A stretch of DNA of 64,000 nucleotides from Seleniivibrio woodruffii (GCF_029267515.1 NZ_JAJUIS010000009.1:41747-105746), one strand, 5' to 3'. Positions 9,722 through 18,491 are shown, numbered from the stretch's first letter. Numbers and translations: made by a program. The notes: generated from the sequence alone by a model not told the origin.

Positions 9722-10879
9722 TCAGTTGGAAAAACAGATGTCTTTGATGTCGGAAAGGGAGTTTACGGGTACAAGAACGCGGCTTATGCCGGGATAATCC
9801 GCCGTCATGCGGCAGAGCAGATCTATCTGGGAATCGTCTATCTTTCTCTTTTTATCGAATGATGTTATCTGGAGTTTAAGAATTATACGGTTTTCGTCGT
9901 CCGCTGCCGCCACAAGATTTTCCGCCATCTCGTAAAGCACGTCCACCGCTTCGTCGGTCTCCTTGCGCATCTCGGTTGCTATCTGGTCGTGATATCCCAT
10001 CACGGCGAGATAGTCGAAACCGGCAGCAAGCATGGACTGTATACTCTGTGAATACCAAGCCAGCCCTTTTGTTTTGTCTATGGGCGTTTCATAGTAAACG
10101 TTTGCGGCAAATTTCATATCAGGATTTACAGCCATCGCAGAGCTTTTCAGTTCACCGAAGAAGTCCATCAGCTTTGCGTTCTTCCATCTTACCCAATACA
10201 GAAAAGTTTCACCGCAGGCATTTGAAACGCGTGTGACCGGATAGCTGCCGCTGCATGAAAAGAGTGTGTCGTAAGCCAGCTTATTACCTGTTTCAGCCTC
10301 ATAAAGAGCCACTGCGTCATCCGAAGCGCCTTCCGCATAGCGCATGATGAAATCGTCCTGAAACAGGATGCCGTCTATATCGTATTTCGCGAGATCTGCA
10401 AACAGCCCTTTAAGCTCAGCTCTCACCTCTTTGTCAAACACCGACGCTCCGTAACCCTCGGCAGTACCCTCAGGCGTGAAGACTTTTTCCATATGCTCCG
10501 GGGTTTTGAGAAAACTGAGGGAGCGTGTCGCCATCCATGCGTATATCCTCATACCGTTTTTTCTTGCCGAAACCGAAGCCTCGCCCAGAACGTCGCGAAC
10601 AACGCAGGCTCTGTCCGTTTTGAAATACACTCCGCTTTTGCAGTCCGCGTTCTCTCCGGCGAAATGATACCTGTCTCCTCCGTTGTGGAAAACACGCAGC
10701 ATCACCGTGTCGTAACCCTTGGCTTTCAGCCCGCTGAAAAAAGCATCCATATCACCGTCGTAGCTTTTGTTAAGCACGAACACCTGAACACCGTTTATGC
10801 GGGGATTCTGCTCCGAAGAAAAAGAAAGCCCTGCCGAAAAAAGCAGGGCTGTTATGATCAGAAAGCGTGTAAGCATCAT
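9722..10879 (-). CDS. Secreted GHL13 / PgaB C-terminal-like polysaccharide hydrolase-fold protein
   Basis: Signal peptide, then blocks resembling the PgaB C-terminal domain (GVYFKT...VRDVL...GMRIYAWMATRSLSF). The call rests on motif resemblance only. Confidence 0.5.
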   Translation of the reverse strand: MMLTRFLIITALLFSAGLSFSSEQNPRINGVQVFVLNKSYDGDMDAFFSGLKAKGYDTVMLRVFHNGGDRYHFAGENADCKSGVYFKTDRACVVRDVLGEASVSARKNGMRIYAWMATRSLSFLKTPEHMEKVFTPEGTAEGYGASVFDKEVRAELKGLFADLAKYDIDGILFQDDFIMRYAEGASDDAVALYEAETGNKLAYDTLFSCSGSYPVTRVSNACGETFLYWVRWKNAKLMDFFGELKSSAMAVNPDMKFAANVYYETPIDKTKGLAWYSQSIQSMLAAGFDYLAVMGYHDQIATEMRKETDEAVDVLYEMAENLVAAADDENRIILKLQITSFDKKRKIDDSQIDLLCRMTADYPGISRVLVPVNSLSDIKDICFSN

Positions 10880-11793
10880 TTTTTCATTATGTCGGGATTA
10901 TATCCTGTTTTTGCTTTTATCTCTTCGGCTCTTGCAAGCGCTTTGTCATAAGCAAGGGGAGTACCGCATCTGAGCCTGTACCATACGCCTTTCTCGCCGA
11001 GATCAACCTGAACAAGCTGCAGGTCGTTCACCTTGGGACTCATTCTCTGAAACTCCTCTTTTGCAAGATCAAGACTCTTAAATGATGCAAGCTGAACGTA
11101 ATATTCTCCTGTCTTACCGCTGGCTTCAGCCTTTTTCTCAGCAGCGGGAGCGGGTTTTGCAGCAGCCTTGGGAGCTTCTTTTTTAACGGCGGGTTTAGCG
11201 GGTTCGGCTTTAACTGCCGCTTTCGGAGCTTCCTCTTTAACAGCGGGCTTGGGAGTTTCAGCCTTAACCGCTGGTTTAGGAGCTTCTGTCTTAACGACAG
11301 GTTTTACAGGTTCCGCTTTAACTGCAGGTTTATGTTCTTCTTTTACAACGGGTTTGGGAGCTTCCTGTTTTACAGACGGAGCTGGAGTCTTTGCAGGTTC
11401 CTCTTTCACAACAGGTTTTGCAGGTTCCGGCTGTTTCATCGGTTCAGCGTGTTTCGCAGTTTCCACAGGGGGCGAAGTAAGAACCGAATCTGGTTTTTCC
11501 GACACAGGTTTCGGAGCCTCCTGTGCCGCAGGTTCATTGTGCTCCACAGTGGTTCCATGTCCGTCAACGGTAAATGATTTTCCGCTTTCAGGATTTGTCA
11601 TATCCTCCGGCTTAACCTGCTCTGTGGTTTTCGCATCCTTTCCGGAGCGTTTCAGCTTATCCGCAAAGAATGCAACGCCTGTGACAAGCGCTGTGAAAAT
11701 TATAAAAAAGACGATAAACAGCACTATTGTGTTGCCAAAACTCTTTTTGCCTTTTTCCGGTGTCTGTTCCGTGTTCTTTTCCTGTTCGCTCAC
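10876..11793 (-). CDS. SPOR-domain membrane protein with a Pro/Ala/Lys-rich linker
   Basis: GTG start, one TM (IVLFIVFFIIFTALVTGVAFF), a long PAKVE repeat linker and a C-terminal SPOR-like domain (YYVQLASFKSLDLAKEEF...WYRLRCG). 4-nt overlap with the downstream gene. Confidence 0.8.
   Translation of the reverse strand: MSEQEKNTEQTPEKGKKSFGNTIVLFIVFFIIFTALVTGVAFFADKLKRSGKDAKTTEQVKPEDMTNPESGKSFTVDGHGTTVEHNEPAAQEAPKPVSEKPDSVLTSPPVETAKHAEPMKQPEPAKPVVKEEPAKTPAPSVKQEAPKPVVKEEHKPAVKAEPVKPVVKTEAPKPAVKAETPKPAVKEEAPKAAVKAEPAKPAVKKEAPKAAAKPAPAAEKKAEASGKTGEYYVQLASFKSLDLAKEEFQRMSPKVNDLQLVQVDLGEKGVWYRLRCGTPLAYDKALARAEEIKAKTGYNPDIMKK
11131..11430 (-). repeat. Degenerate tandem coding repeats, (A/E)PKP(A/V)VK(A/E)E units
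   Basis: About 100 residues of KPVVKEE / KPAVKAE variants inside the SPOR gene. This also creates the spurious 235-aa antisense ORF 11168..11875. Confidence 0.8.
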
Positions 11794-12119
11794 TGTACCA
11801 TCCTGTCAGGAGCACAGGCACCCGTTTTGCGGATGTCCGCTCACTGTTTTCAATAGTTTAATATTATCAAAATAGCGTGCCGCGCACACTGTTATAATCG
11901 TAAATCATTCGGATTAACTAAAGTTAATCTTTAGAAGAATCTGCATATCCGGAGATAATACTCCCATTCTGTCAAAAAGACAAATACAGACAGTCTTTGT
12001 TCAAACGAAGTTGGACGAAGAAAATATTATCAGTTAATCTTTTTTTATTCAATATCGCATTTTTGTAAAAAACTGATGCAAACCTTAGTTAAAAAGCATA
12101 TACTCAAAAAAGGTTAAAT

Positions 12120-13235
12120 ATGGATGATTATAAACATAACAAAGATTTGACAAACTTATTGCACGACAGTTATCCGGTTCTGTTCGCTGTTTCAGAAACA
12201 GTGCATGAAATGCTGTTTATTTTAGACCATGATCGCAGAATCGTCTTTTACAACAAACAATTTTCGGATTTCGCAGAAAACAATCAACTTAATCCGGCAA
12301 CAGGCGTAAGACCGGGCGATATTTTCAGATGCGTCAACGCCCTCGAAAATGCTGACGTATGCGGAGAAACAAAGTTTTGCCGTTATTGCGGAGCATATCA
12401 GGCGATAACGAACGCGGCTGAAGGCAAACGTCAGCTTGAGCAGTGCCGTATAAAAGCTGAAAACGGACTTTCATACGACCTGAAGGTCAGCACGTCAAAG
12501 CTAAACATTGATAACAGACTGTTCACTCTTTTCTGCGTTCTGGACGTCAGCGCGGAGCATAGAAAACAGGCACTTGAAAAAATATTCTTCCATGACATAA
12601 ACAACCTTGCCGGCGGGCTAACACTTATAGTCGATTTCATCGACAGTTATGCGAAAAGAGATGACCTTAACGCCATAAAAGAGACCACTTCTCTTCTGAC
12701 AGGCGCCATGAGCAGCCTCAACAATGAACTGCGCTCCAGCTACATGCTTGCTTTGGCGGAAAAAGATGAACTGGACGTTATGGAAACATCATGCAATATT
12801 CAGAAAATACTCGTATCTGTCGCCGCTTTTTTCAAAGAAACCACATTGGACAAAAGCATAACGTTCGTCATTGAATCCGACAGAGAGGAAACTTTTGTAA
12901 ACACTGACGAAAATATTCTCAAGCGGGTTGTAACGAATATGACCAAAAACGCTGTTGAGGCTTCCAAAGACGGCGACAGTGTCGTCGTAGGCAGCAGGAT
13001 GACCGAAGACAGACTCATAATATACGTTCAGAATAACTGTGTGATGAAAGAGGAGATCAAAGCATCCATTTTCCAGCGATCTTTCTCAACAAAAGGCATA
13101 GGGAGGGGACTCGGTACATACAGCATGAGACTGCTCACCGAGAGGTATCTTAAAGGAGCCGTATATTTCAGCTCTACAGAGGAAACGGGAACGATTTTTT
13201 ATATTGAGATTCCGCTCAGCCTCTCAGATCTATGA
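12120..13235 (+). CDS. Soluble orphan sensor histidine kinase (Cys-rich PAS-like domain plus AgrC/HPK10-like core)
   Basis: No TM segment. N-terminal PAS-like region with C71-x9-C81-x5-C87-x2-C90. H-box FFHDINNLAGG, N-box VVTNMTKNAVEA and G-box FQRSFSTKGIGRGLGTY. No response regulator is adjacent. Confidence 0.8.
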   Translation: MDDYKHNKDLTNLLHDSYPVLFAVSETVHEMLFILDHDRRIVFYNKQFSDFAENNQLNPATGVRPGDIFRCVNALENADVCGETKFCRYCGAYQAITNAAEGKRQLEQCRIKAENGLSYDLKVSTSKLNIDNRLFTLFCVLDVSAEHRKQALEKIFFHDINNLAGGLTLIVDFIDSYAKRDDLNAIKETTSLLTGAMSSLNNELRSSYMLALAEKDELDVMETSCNIQKILVSVAAFFKETTLDKSITFVIESDREETFVNTDENILKRVVTNMTKNAVEASKDGDSVVVGSRMTEDRLIIYVQNNCVMKEEIKASIFQRSFSTKGIGRGLGTYSMRLLTERYLKGAVYFSSTEETGTIFYIEIPLSLSDL

Positions 13236-13500
13236 TGGTTCCAAGCATCTCGTCCTGAGCTCGCAGAGCCTCCACGTTGAACTGAAACGCCCTCTTCTCA
13301 ACCATCATATCCGTCATTTCCTTTGCAGCGTCAACACCTGACCACTTGATGTCCACCTTGTCCATAGCTTCGTCAGAAGCAGCCGTCAGAGGTGTTTTAT
13401 AACCGGGCGTGTTAATATTGGCAACGTTGTTTGCTGTCCCGTCAAGAGCGTCAATCTGTGTCTTCATGCCGTTAAGGCTGTTATACAATCCTTGTATCAT
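13216..13500 (-). CDS. Flagellar rod-family mini protein (94 aa)
   Basis: N-terminus MIQGLYNSLNGM...ANNVANINTPGYK (rod/hook N-terminal signature). C-terminus EMTDMMVEKRAFQFNVEALRAQDEMLGTIIDL (rod C-terminal signature). The ATG at 13500 is preceded by AAGGG; the listed ORF starts 24 nt upstream at GTG. The 3' end overlaps the kinase 3' end by 20 nt. Confidence 0.6.
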   Translation of the reverse strand: MIQGLYNSLNGMKTQIDALDGTANNVANINTPGYKTPLTAASDEAMDKVDIKWSGVDAAKEMTDMMVEKRAFQFNVEALRAQDEMLGTIIDLRG

Positions 13501-13520
13501 ATGTTCCCTTCTGTTATAAT
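13492..13520 (+). promoter_or_regulatory. Sigma-70-type promoter for the CoA-binding protein gene
   Basis: TTGTAT (13492-13497), a 17-nt spacer and TATAAT (13515-13520), 22 nt before the ATG at 13543. It lies inside the first codons of the divergent mini-rod gene. Confidence 0.5.
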
Positions 13521-13542
13521 ACACTTAACTCGGAGGATTTCA

Positions 13543-13962
13543 ATGACCAATCTTACAGACGAACAGCTCAGGGAGCTTATTTCAAACGCAAAAACAGTCG
13601 CCATCGTCGGCGCTTCAAACAAACCGGAGCGCGCCAGCAACGGAATAATGAAATTTCTTATGAAAAACGGTTATAAATGCGTACCGGTCAACCCCATCGA
13701 AAAAGAGGTTCTCGGCATTCCCACTGTGGACAGTCTTGACGAACTTGATTTTGAACCGGACATAGTGGATATCTTCCGCCAGAGCGCATTTGCCGCAGAG
13801 GTTGTGCGCGAGGCAGCAGGAAAAAACGCAAAACTCATCTGGCTTCAGGAGGGCGTGCAGTCCGAAGAAGCAAGGAAAATCGCAGCATATGTAAATATTC
13901 CTTATGTCGAGGACAAATGTATATTCAAAGAATATCTGCGTCTGGGACTCGCAGGAAAATAA
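13543..13962 (+). CDS. CoA-binding domain protein (YccU/YneT-like)
   Basis: TVAIVGASNKPERASNGIMKFLMKNGYKCVPVNP Rossmann-like CoA-binding signature. GGAGG lies 7 nt upstream of ATG 13543; the listed ORF has a 17-codon upstream extension. Confidence 0.85.
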   Translation: MTNLTDEQLRELISNAKTVAIVGASNKPERASNGIMKFLMKNGYKCVPVNPIEKEVLGIPTVDSLDELDFEPDIVDIFRQSAFAAEVVREAAGKNAKLIWLQEGVQSEEARKIAAYVNIPYVEDKCIFKEYLRLGLAGK

Positions 13963-14750
13963 TTAATGCGGCGGTGGTTGCCGCCGTTCTCTTTTTTTCC
14001 TATGGGAACACCTGCGCCGAAACACTGAACATCGGCATACTGAAAAACGATTTTTTCAAGTCTCCGGAAGAGTTGCGCCGCTTCGCAGCTTATGTTCAGC
14101 AACAGAACAAATACACAGGCTACAAAATAATAGAGTCAGACTCGCCGCAGGGTTTTGCAGAAACCATATCGGAAAAGCGTGTTCAACTGGCATTCATATC
14201 TGTCTATCCCGCTGTGCTTATGCAGAAATATCTCGGCAAAGCTCCGGATATGATAGTCTCAACACACGATACCATCTATATTAAATCGTGTATCTTCGTT
14301 CTCAAAGACTCACCCGTGAAATGGGTGAGCGACCTTAAAGACAAAACAATTGCTTTTCCGTCAAGACACTCTACCGGAGGGTATTATCTTCCTGTGGAAT
14401 ATGTCGAAAAAGTTGTAGGGACAGGGCATTTCAAAGAGCTTTTTCCAGACAAATGGGACGACGTGTTCACTCAGGTATATCTGAAAAAAGCGGATGCAGG
14501 AGCAACGCAATACACAGATTACGAAGATGTGCTGCCGCCGCTTTACAGGTCTGTTTTCCGCACCGTTGCCGAAACGGAAAGCATTCCGGGACTGTTTCTT
14601 TATATCCGCAGCGGAAAAGAAAAAAAGAAACTGATACGCTCCGTTCTCTCTTTTTCCTCTGACAGAAAAACCGGCGAATCCGTTATCAATGGTTTTTCTC
14701 CTGTGGATTTCGACTGGAAAACGCTCTACAAAAGCGTTACAGTACGCTGA
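13917..14750 (+). CDS. Periplasmic PhnD/SsuA-type substrate-binding protein
   Basis: Signal peptide (RRKIINAAVVAAVLFFSYGNTCA) followed by a PhnD-like fold (LNIGIL...LAFISVYPAV...IAFPSRHSTGGYYLP). The ATG start overlaps the upstream gene by 46 nt; a GTG at 13974 is an alternative start. Confidence 0.7.
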   Translation: MYIQRISASGTRRKIINAAVVAAVLFFSYGNTCAETLNIGILKNDFFKSPEELRRFAAYVQQQNKYTGYKIIESDSPQGFAETISEKRVQLAFISVYPAVLMQKYLGKAPDMIVSTHDTIYIKSCIFVLKDSPVKWVSDLKDKTIAFPSRHSTGGYYLPVEYVEKVVGTGHFKELFPDKWDDVFTQVYLKKADAGATQYTDYEDVLPPLYRSVFRTVAETESIPGLFLYIRSGKEKKKLIRSVLSFSSDRKTGESVINGFSPVDFDWKTLYKSVTVR

Positions 14751-14841
14751 AAAAACACTTTCCTTAACAATTTTAAAAAAATATGGACAAAACCGACCAT
14801 GCTGTTATAATGCGTATTCATTAACACAGACAAAGGTTCTT

Positions 14842-16014
14842 ATGAAAAAATATATATATCCGGCAATAGTTTCCGCATTTCTTATAGTTAATTCCGCAGC
14901 AGCGGACGAAAAACCGAATAATAACGTAAGGGGTATCCTCGGACAGACAGGCATAGGACTGAAAGAGAACACATCCGAAACGCAGACTCAGGAAACAGCC
15001 CCGATTGCAGACCCTGTTAAGTGGCAGGACAATACCAGATTCTCCAAACAACCGCAGAAACCTGCAGCAGATAAACCCGCAGCGGTCACCACAGATAAAA
15101 AATGCTATTACGTTACATCCCAGGTTACAAATATCAGAAACAACCCATCTTTTCTGTCTGAAAGAACAGGAATATATAAAAAAGGCAGCTATATCTGTGA
15201 AGAAAACCGTATCGGAGACTGGATAGACACAGGCAAAGGCTGGGTTAACACAAAGTTTCTCTCGGCAAAAATGCCGGAGGATATAGCAAAACAGGAAGTT
15301 AAACCCGCGGCGGCAGAAGAAGAAACAAAAACACGCATGACTGAGTATAACTACGACAATCCTGTTGCATCGCAAAAAACAACGAAACAGCAAAAATCCT
15401 CTGCAAAAACCATAGAAACGGTTAAACCCGCAAAACAGGAAAACAAAGCCGTCTATAAATACATAGCAGGCGGAAAAGTCAACATACGTTCACTTGCAAA
15501 TATCAACTCCGACGTTGTGGGACAATACCAGAAAAACGAAAAGGTAGAGGTTCTTGAGACCGAAAACGGATGGATACGCACAAATATCGGCTGGGTGAAT
15601 ATGGAATATGTTTCCGACAAATCCACCGATGAAAAAACAGTTCAGAAAGAAAAAGCCAAAGACAAGATAATCAAGTGTATGTACGTTTCATACAAAAAAG
15701 CTAACATCAGAAAAACGGCATCCAAAAGGGCAAAACTTGTGGGCGATTATGACGCAGGTGAAAAAGTATGCCTTTACGAAATTGATGACGACTGGGGCAG
15801 AAGCGAAAAAGGATGGGTTAACCTCGCCAACCTGAAAGACGTGAAATGCTTCACGGTGGCTTCCAAAACACTGAAAGCACGCAAAAAACCCGATGCAAAC
15901 GCAAAGGTTCTCAAAACCTACAGCCGCGGAGATACCGTGTGTGAATACGACCGCAAATACGGCTGGGTAGATACCGGCAAAGGCTGGGTTGCTGCTGAGT
16001 ATCTCGAACGCTAA
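14842..16014 (+). CDS. Secreted protein with four SH3b repeats
   Basis: Start moved to MKKYIYPAIVSAFLIVNSAAA (signal peptide). There are four ~60-aa repeats of the form Y.V....NIR......S..VG.Y..G..V...E....W......GWV....L. Confidence 0.75.
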   Translation: MKKYIYPAIVSAFLIVNSAAADEKPNNNVRGILGQTGIGLKENTSETQTQETAPIADPVKWQDNTRFSKQPQKPAADKPAAVTTDKKCYYVTSQVTNIRNNPSFLSERTGIYKKGSYICEENRIGDWIDTGKGWVNTKFLSAKMPEDIAKQEVKPAAAEEETKTRMTEYNYDNPVASQKTTKQQKSSAKTIETVKPAKQENKAVYKYIAGGKVNIRSLANINSDVVGQYQKNEKVEVLETENGWIRTNIGWVNMEYVSDKSTDEKTVQKEKAKDKIIKCMYVSYKKANIRKTASKRAKLVGDYDAGEKVCLYEIDDDWGRSEKGWVNLANLKDVKCFTVASKTLKARKKPDANAKVLKTYSRGDTVCEYDRKYGWVDTGKGWVAAEYLER

Positions 16015-16034
16015 TAATAATATAGCAAATCTTT

Positions 16035-16069
16035 AAACCGCCCTTCGGAAACGTTCGGGCGGTTTTTTT
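16035..16069 (+). terminator. Intrinsic terminator after the SH3b gene
   Basis: AAACCGCCC-(13 nt)-GGGCGGTTT followed by a T-run. Confidence 0.8.
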
Positions 16070-16090
16070 GTATCTTTTTAAAGTTTTATA

Positions 16091-16142
16091 TTGACAATCA
16101 ATATCAATAAATTTAAATATACCCCATACCCCTATAGGGTAT
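16091..16142 (+). promoter_or_regulatory. Promoter plus inverted-repeat operator of the metal-efflux operon
   Basis: TTGACA (16091-16096), 17 nt, TAAATA (16114-16119). Next comes a tandem ATACCCC ATACCCC, then the dyad ATACCC-CTATA-GGGTAT (16126-16142) over the expected transcription start. This resembles the G/C-tract dyads bound by CsoR-family repressors. Confidence 0.6.
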
Positions 16143-16161
16143 ATAGTTAGCGGAGGGCATT

Positions 16162-16437
16162 ATGCGTCAGTGTATCGACATACCTAAGGTTCAGACAAGA
16201 CTGAAAAAAATTGAAGGGCAGCTAAGAGGCATTTCGGAAATGGTTGAAAAGGATGTCCCGTGCGAGGATATCCTCATCCAGATAAATGCCGCAAAAAGCG
16301 CCCTGCACAAGGTGGGTAAAATGGTTCTGGAGGGACACCTTCACCACTGCGTTTACGACGGAATCAAACACGGCGACGCTGAAAAGACAATCGACGACTT
16401 TGCAAAGGCAGTGGAACACTTTTCACGAATGGGGTAA
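16162..16437 (+). CDS. CsoR/RcnR-family (DUF156) metal-sensing repressor
   Basis: 91 aa with [15 protein letters not shown]. Ligand positions C34, H59 and C63 give the x-C-H-C pattern of Cu(I)-type CsoR. Confidence 0.85.
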   Translation: MRQCIDIPKVQTRLKKIEGQLRGISEMVEKDVPCEDILIQINAAKSALHKVGKMVLEGHLHHCVYDGIKHGDAEKTIDDFAKAVEHFSRMG

Positions 16438-16444
16438 GAAATTA

Positions 16445-18310
16445 ATGAATGTTATCAGAGATTTTATTGAAAACGATGAAAAAAGGACAATGCTTTTTCT
16501 TGGGCTGTCTGCGGTTTCTCTTGTTCTAAGTTTTTTCAAAATAGTTGATATCCGTCCTGACATCGCATGGGTGGCTATCATCCTTTGCGGTCTTCCAATC
16601 ATCAAAGGAGCCATCACAGGACTGTTAACCGAATTTGATATAAAGGCAGACGTTCTTGTTTCAATAGCTCTTGCGGCATCTGTTATCATAGGGGAGATAT
16701 TTGCCGCAGGCGAAATAGCTTTCATAATGGCACTGGGCGCCATGCTGGAAGAACGCACAGTTGCAAAAGCCAGGGCGGGAATAGAAAAGCTGGTTCACCT
16801 CACCCCCCGAACGGCAAGGGTTGTAAGAAACGGGCAGGAGAGCGTTATACCCGCGGAAGAGGTTCATGTTGACGACGTTCTGCGTGTGCTGGCTGGCGAA
16901 ACGATCGCTGTTGACGGCACAATCATTTCAGGACAGACCTCCGTTGACCAGTCTATTATGACAGGCGAAGCTCTTCCCGTTGACAAAAGTGTCGGGGACG
17001 AGGTTTTCAGCGGCACTGTAAATCAATTCGGCACTTTTGACATGAAGGCTGTAAAGGTTGGAGAGGACAGCTCTATCCAGAGGATGATAAGACTGGTGGA
17101 ATCAGCTGATGCTGGCAAAGCAAAGATAGTCGGCATGGCGGACAGATGGGCAACATGGATAGTCGTTATAGCTCTTGTTTCGGCGGCTGGCACATGGTTT
17201 GTCACAGGCGAAATAATCCGCGCGGTCACAATTCTTGTTGTTTTCTGTCCTTGTGCCCTTGTGCTTGCAACGCCCACAGCAATAATGGCGGGTATAGGCA
17301 ATGCGACAAAATACGGTATTCTTGTGCGTGAAGGCGACGCTCTGGAGAGGCTTGCAAAAGTTTCCAAAATAGCTTTCGACAAAACCGGCACCCTCACCTT
17401 CGGAAAACCGGAAGTGACATATTTCAAAAGCTGCCGCGAAGGTCTGAGCGACGAAGGACTGCTCCGGTACACGGCGGCGGCAGAACAGCGCTCCGAACAC
17501 CCTCTGGGCAAAGCCGTCACAGCCCATTACAGAAAAGTATCGTCAGATATCCTACCCCAGCCGCAGGATTTCAGCCTTAAAGCGGGCAGAGGTGTCAACG
17601 CTGCGGTGGAAGGCTCAAAAATACTCGCAGGAAATGCTGAAATGATGGCTGAAAACGGGATAGAACTACCGGACGAGGTCGTAAACGATGCCGTAAAGCA
17701 CAGAAATGAGGGTTGTACTGTAATTTATGTAGCAAAAGACGGCAAAGCGGCAGGGTTTGTAGCACTTTCCGACGTAATACGCCCCGAAACCAGGGAAATA
17801 GTCCGAAAACTTCGGGGAATCAACGTTGAAAGCGTTCTCCTGACAGGCGACCATATGCACGCAGCAAACTTTATCGCACGGGAAGCCGGCATAAATAACG
17901 TGAAATTTGACTGTCTGCCGGAAGACAAAATGGCAGCTATAGATAGATACCAAAATGCAAAAGAGATGGTTTGCATGGTGGGAGACGGCATAAACGATGC
18001 CCCGGCTCTTAAAAAGGCACACGTTGGCGTGGCGATGGGCGGAATAGGAAGCGATATTGCAGTTGATGCAGCAGACATTGCGCTGGTTGGCGACGATATC
18101 AAAAATATCCCCCACCTGTTGAAGTTGGCAAAACGCACCATGGGCACGATAAAGCTGAACCTTACACTGTCGATGCTGCTCAATTTCGTTGCGATAATCC
18201 TTGCTATGATGGGTACGCTGAACCCGATTATGGGTGCGCTGGTACACAACGCAGGGTCGGTCGCGGTGATACTCAATTCCGCAGTGCTGCTGAAGTTCAG
18301 GTCGGCATAA
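16445..18310 (+). CDS. Heavy-metal-translocating P1B-type ATPase with no N-terminal metal-binding domain
   Basis: Start set at ATG 16445 (MNVIRDF...), 8 nt after the repressor stop. The listed ORF start at 16286 lies inside the repressor gene. Motifs: [28 protein letters not shown] and a last helix with HNAGSV. Confidence 0.9.
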   Translation: MNVIRDFIENDEKRTMLFLGLSAVSLVLSFFKIVDIRPDIAWVAIILCGLPIIKGAITGLLTEFDIKADVLVSIALAASVIIGEIFAAGEIAFIMALGAMLEERTVAKARAGIEKLVHLTPRTARVVRNGQESVIPAEEVHVDDVLRVLAGETIAVDGTIISGQTSVDQSIMTGEALPVDKSVGDEVFSGTVNQFGTFDMKAVKVGEDSSIQRMIRLVESADAGKAKIVGMADRWATWIVVIALVSAAGTWFVTGEIIRAVTILVVFCPCALVLATPTAIMAGIGNATKYGILVREGDALERLAKVSKIAFDKTGTLTFGKPEVTYFKSCREGLSDEGLLRYTAAAEQRSEHPLGKAVTAHYRKVSSDILPQPQDFSLKAGRGVNAAVEGSKILAGNAEMMAENGIELPDEVVNDAVKHRNEGCTVIYVAKDGKAAGFVALSDVIRPETREIVRKLRGINVESVLLTGDHMHAANFIAREAGINNVKFDCLPEDKMAAIDRYQNAKEMVCMVGDGINDAPALKKAHVGVAMGGIGSDIAVDAADIALVGDDIKNIPHLLKLAKRTMGTIKLNLTLSMLLNFVAIILAMMGTLNPIMGALVHNAGSVAVILNSAVLLKFRSA

Positions 18311-18339
18311 ATTTTTATCGCAGATACGGAATAAGTTGC

Positions 18340-18368
18340 TTGACAAGAATTGTATAAAACTGTATAAA
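18340..18368 (+). promoter_or_regulatory. Sigma-70-type promoter of tRNA-Leu
   Basis: TTGACA (18340-18345), 17 nt, TATAAA (18363-18368), about 28 nt before the mature tRNA 5' end. Confidence 0.55.
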
Positions 18369-18396
18369 CCCCCTTACCGCTGATGAAGCAGTAAGC

Positions 18397-18481
18397 GCCG
18401 AGGTGGTGGAATTGGTAGACACGCAGGTTTCAGGTACCTGTGGGAGTTAATCCTGTGGGGGTTCGAGTCCCCCCCTCGGCA
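18397..18481 (+). tRNA. tRNA-Leu (anticodon CAG), type II with a long variable arm; CCA not encoded
   Basis: Acceptor stem GCCGAGG/CCTCGGC with discriminator A. Anticodon stem CAGGT/ACCTG with loop TTCAGGT. T-arm GGGGG-TTCGAGT-CCCCC. Confidence 0.9.
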
Positions 18482-18491
18482 TACAAAAAAA

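Noticed and set aside
11168-11875. 235-aa ORF rich in Gly/Ser/Thr/Ala repeats.
   Set aside because: It is the mirror image of the PAKVE repeat region of the SPOR gene. The SPOR reading frame has a TM segment, a linker and a recognisable SPOR domain, and this one has none of these.
16286-16444. 53-codon N-terminal extension of the ATPase ORF.
   Set aside because: It lies inside the CsoR-family gene in another frame. ATG 16445, just after the repressor stop, gives a normal MBD-less P1B N-terminus.
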